From Basidiobolus meristosporus CBS 931.73 (lineage: Eukaryota > Fungi > Basidiobolomycota): DNA of 64,000 nt. The notes under the pieces are model-generated. The model was not told where the DNA came from. It did not search any database and saw nothing but the letters and a program-made list of their open reading frames with translations. The stretch covers positions 124,001-188,000 of the forward strand of contig MCFE01000006.1 in assembly GCA_002104905.1 (NCBI GenBank), written 5' to 3'. Both the position numbers and the translations under genes were made by a program. This document shows positions 62,506 to 64,000 of this stretch, piece after piece; position 1 is the stretch's first letter, and each line of letters starts with the position of its first letter.

Positions 62506-64000
62506 TGTTTTAGTATAAAAGGGAGGTAGAGTAATAGGGAGTTAGCTAATTTGGCATTCTCTAAAAATGGCCTGACTTTTTTAAATATCTAGCAGCTCCT
62601 TAGAAAAACTCAGCCATACCAGGTGCTGACTAATTATAAATCTCAATGTAAGCTGCAGCCAATGACCCATTTAACTGCATTGTAAGTTAAAAGTAAATTC
62701 TTGAGTTACTTTTGTAGCCATGTAGCCTTCTTAGCTGCTTGACAAGCAACTATGCATTCAGCTTCAGTTGTAGATAGCGACACAGCTGGTTGTTTCTTGT
62801 AATGCCAAGTAATAGCTGCACCAGCATAAAGAAATAGATACCCAGTGATAAAGCATCTGTAAATCAGATCCCAGCCCCAATCTGAAACACTCTAACCAGG
62901 AAATATTTGCCTATTAGCTGCTCCAGAGTATCTTAGTATCTTATTACTAGTACCTGGTAAATATCTGAAAATCTGCTTAACTGCTATAATTTGATTTGAT
63001 ATATAATTTTGCATGAGCTGACTGGCTATTCCTAGTGCAACTGCAATATCTGGATATGAAGACTCCATCAGGCACATCATGCTGCAAACTATTGATTGAT
63101 AGGGAACGCTCTGGTCTAGAATTGAGCCCTTTTTAAACTAAAACTGGCTGCAATTTGCTTGATTTTCAGGTTATTCTCCATAGGAGTAGCTGCAAGATTA
63201 CAATTTTCCAGTTTAAGCATCCTAGTATGACCCTGATGTAACTAGACTGGTTCAGCACAATCTCTTCATGGGCATGCTCAGGATGACTCCAGTTCCAAGG
63301 AAACTGATCTATTTTCCAACATTTGGCATTTCAAACTTGCTGATGAAGTCTGATTGTGTCTGTTTAAGTGCATGCCAGTTGCATGATGCTATTATCAAAT
63401 TGTCCACATTCTAAACTAGGATGATCACACCTGTTTTTAGCTGTTTCAAATATATATTGTGATCTGCAGTGCTACAGATGAGCCCAATCTCCTCTGGATG
63501 TGTTTTAATCTAGTTATACCACGCTTCAAGTGGCTGATTACCTGGTAACAATTTCCAAATCTGCAAACAATATGGGGCCTTTTAGATTAGTAAAACCTTC
63601 TGGTAGCTCCATAAATATAGTTTCTTGCAGATTTCCATTTAGTAAAACTGCTTTGACATCCTCTTGGTATAGAATTCAACTGTATACAGCTGCCAGGGCT
63701 AGAACTGTCCTAATGAAGAAAAGTTGACAATGGGAGCAGAAATTTCCACACACATAGTACAAGGGCTCTTTAACATGGGGGAGAGGCAAGAGGATGCTAT
63801 GCTAAAACTGAGTACTAGAAAGGTAACACCTTCAGAAGTATTTACAGTATTAATGCTGCTATATATATTTAGAACAACAGATACTCTGTCTGCTTCAAAG
63901 CTTACCAGAAAAGTATGAGCCACTCATGCTTTCTTTTGACAGCAGAGAAGACAATCAGACTTTAGTCTATTGCAGAGGAAGACTTCTGCATGAAGAGCTC
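62506..64000 (-). mobile_element. Degenerate Copia of a second family (RT/RNase H relic next to a diverged partial LTR-C)
   Basis: Minus-strand peptides IRTVLALAAV...LYQEDVKAVLLNGNLQETIFMELPEGF and GYLFLYAGAAITWHYKKQPAVSLSTTEAE. 62506-62690 resembles LTR-C. Confidence 0.8.

Overview
Eukaryotic genomic DNA with short GT-AG introns, most likely from an early-diverging (non-Dikarya) fungus. This is inferred from gene content: an AP-4 epsilon gene, a minor-spliceosome-type intron and a CP2/Grainyhead factor; a Zoopagomycota genus such as Basidiobolus is a guess. The window has two halves. Positions 1 to about 36.5 kb are gene-rich and CpG-rich: an orphan disordered protein, a CP2/Grainyhead transcription factor, AP-4 epsilon, a tandem-DUF protein, poly(A) polymerase, Fyv7/TAP26, inorganic pyrophosphatase, anthranilate synthase component I, a GH85 ENGase, dynein light chain LC8, an intronless beta-rich orphan and two convergent small secreted Gly-rich proteins. 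From about 36.9 kb to the end is a gene-free, strongly CpG-depleted nest of transposons. It holds one full-length Ty1/Copia (Ty5/hemivirus-like) element with LTRs, TSD, PBS, PPT and an open gag-pol, plus degenerate sister copies, solo LTRs of other families, CACTA transposase relics and unclassified repeats. Best observations: (1) a U12-type AT-AA intron needed to keep AP-4 epsilon in frame; (2) a 48-bp hairpin-bounded inversion that distinguishes the 5' LTR from the 3' LTR of one element; (3) two independent LTR insertions 19 bp apart at homologous gag positions; (4) an AT-rich island with 47-bp repeats between 39-bp direct repeats; (5) a G-tract-rich cassette replacing part of a reverse transcriptase. 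No rRNA, tRNA or CRISPR features were found. Exon structures were read by eye, and the boundaries of degenerate repeats are approximate.
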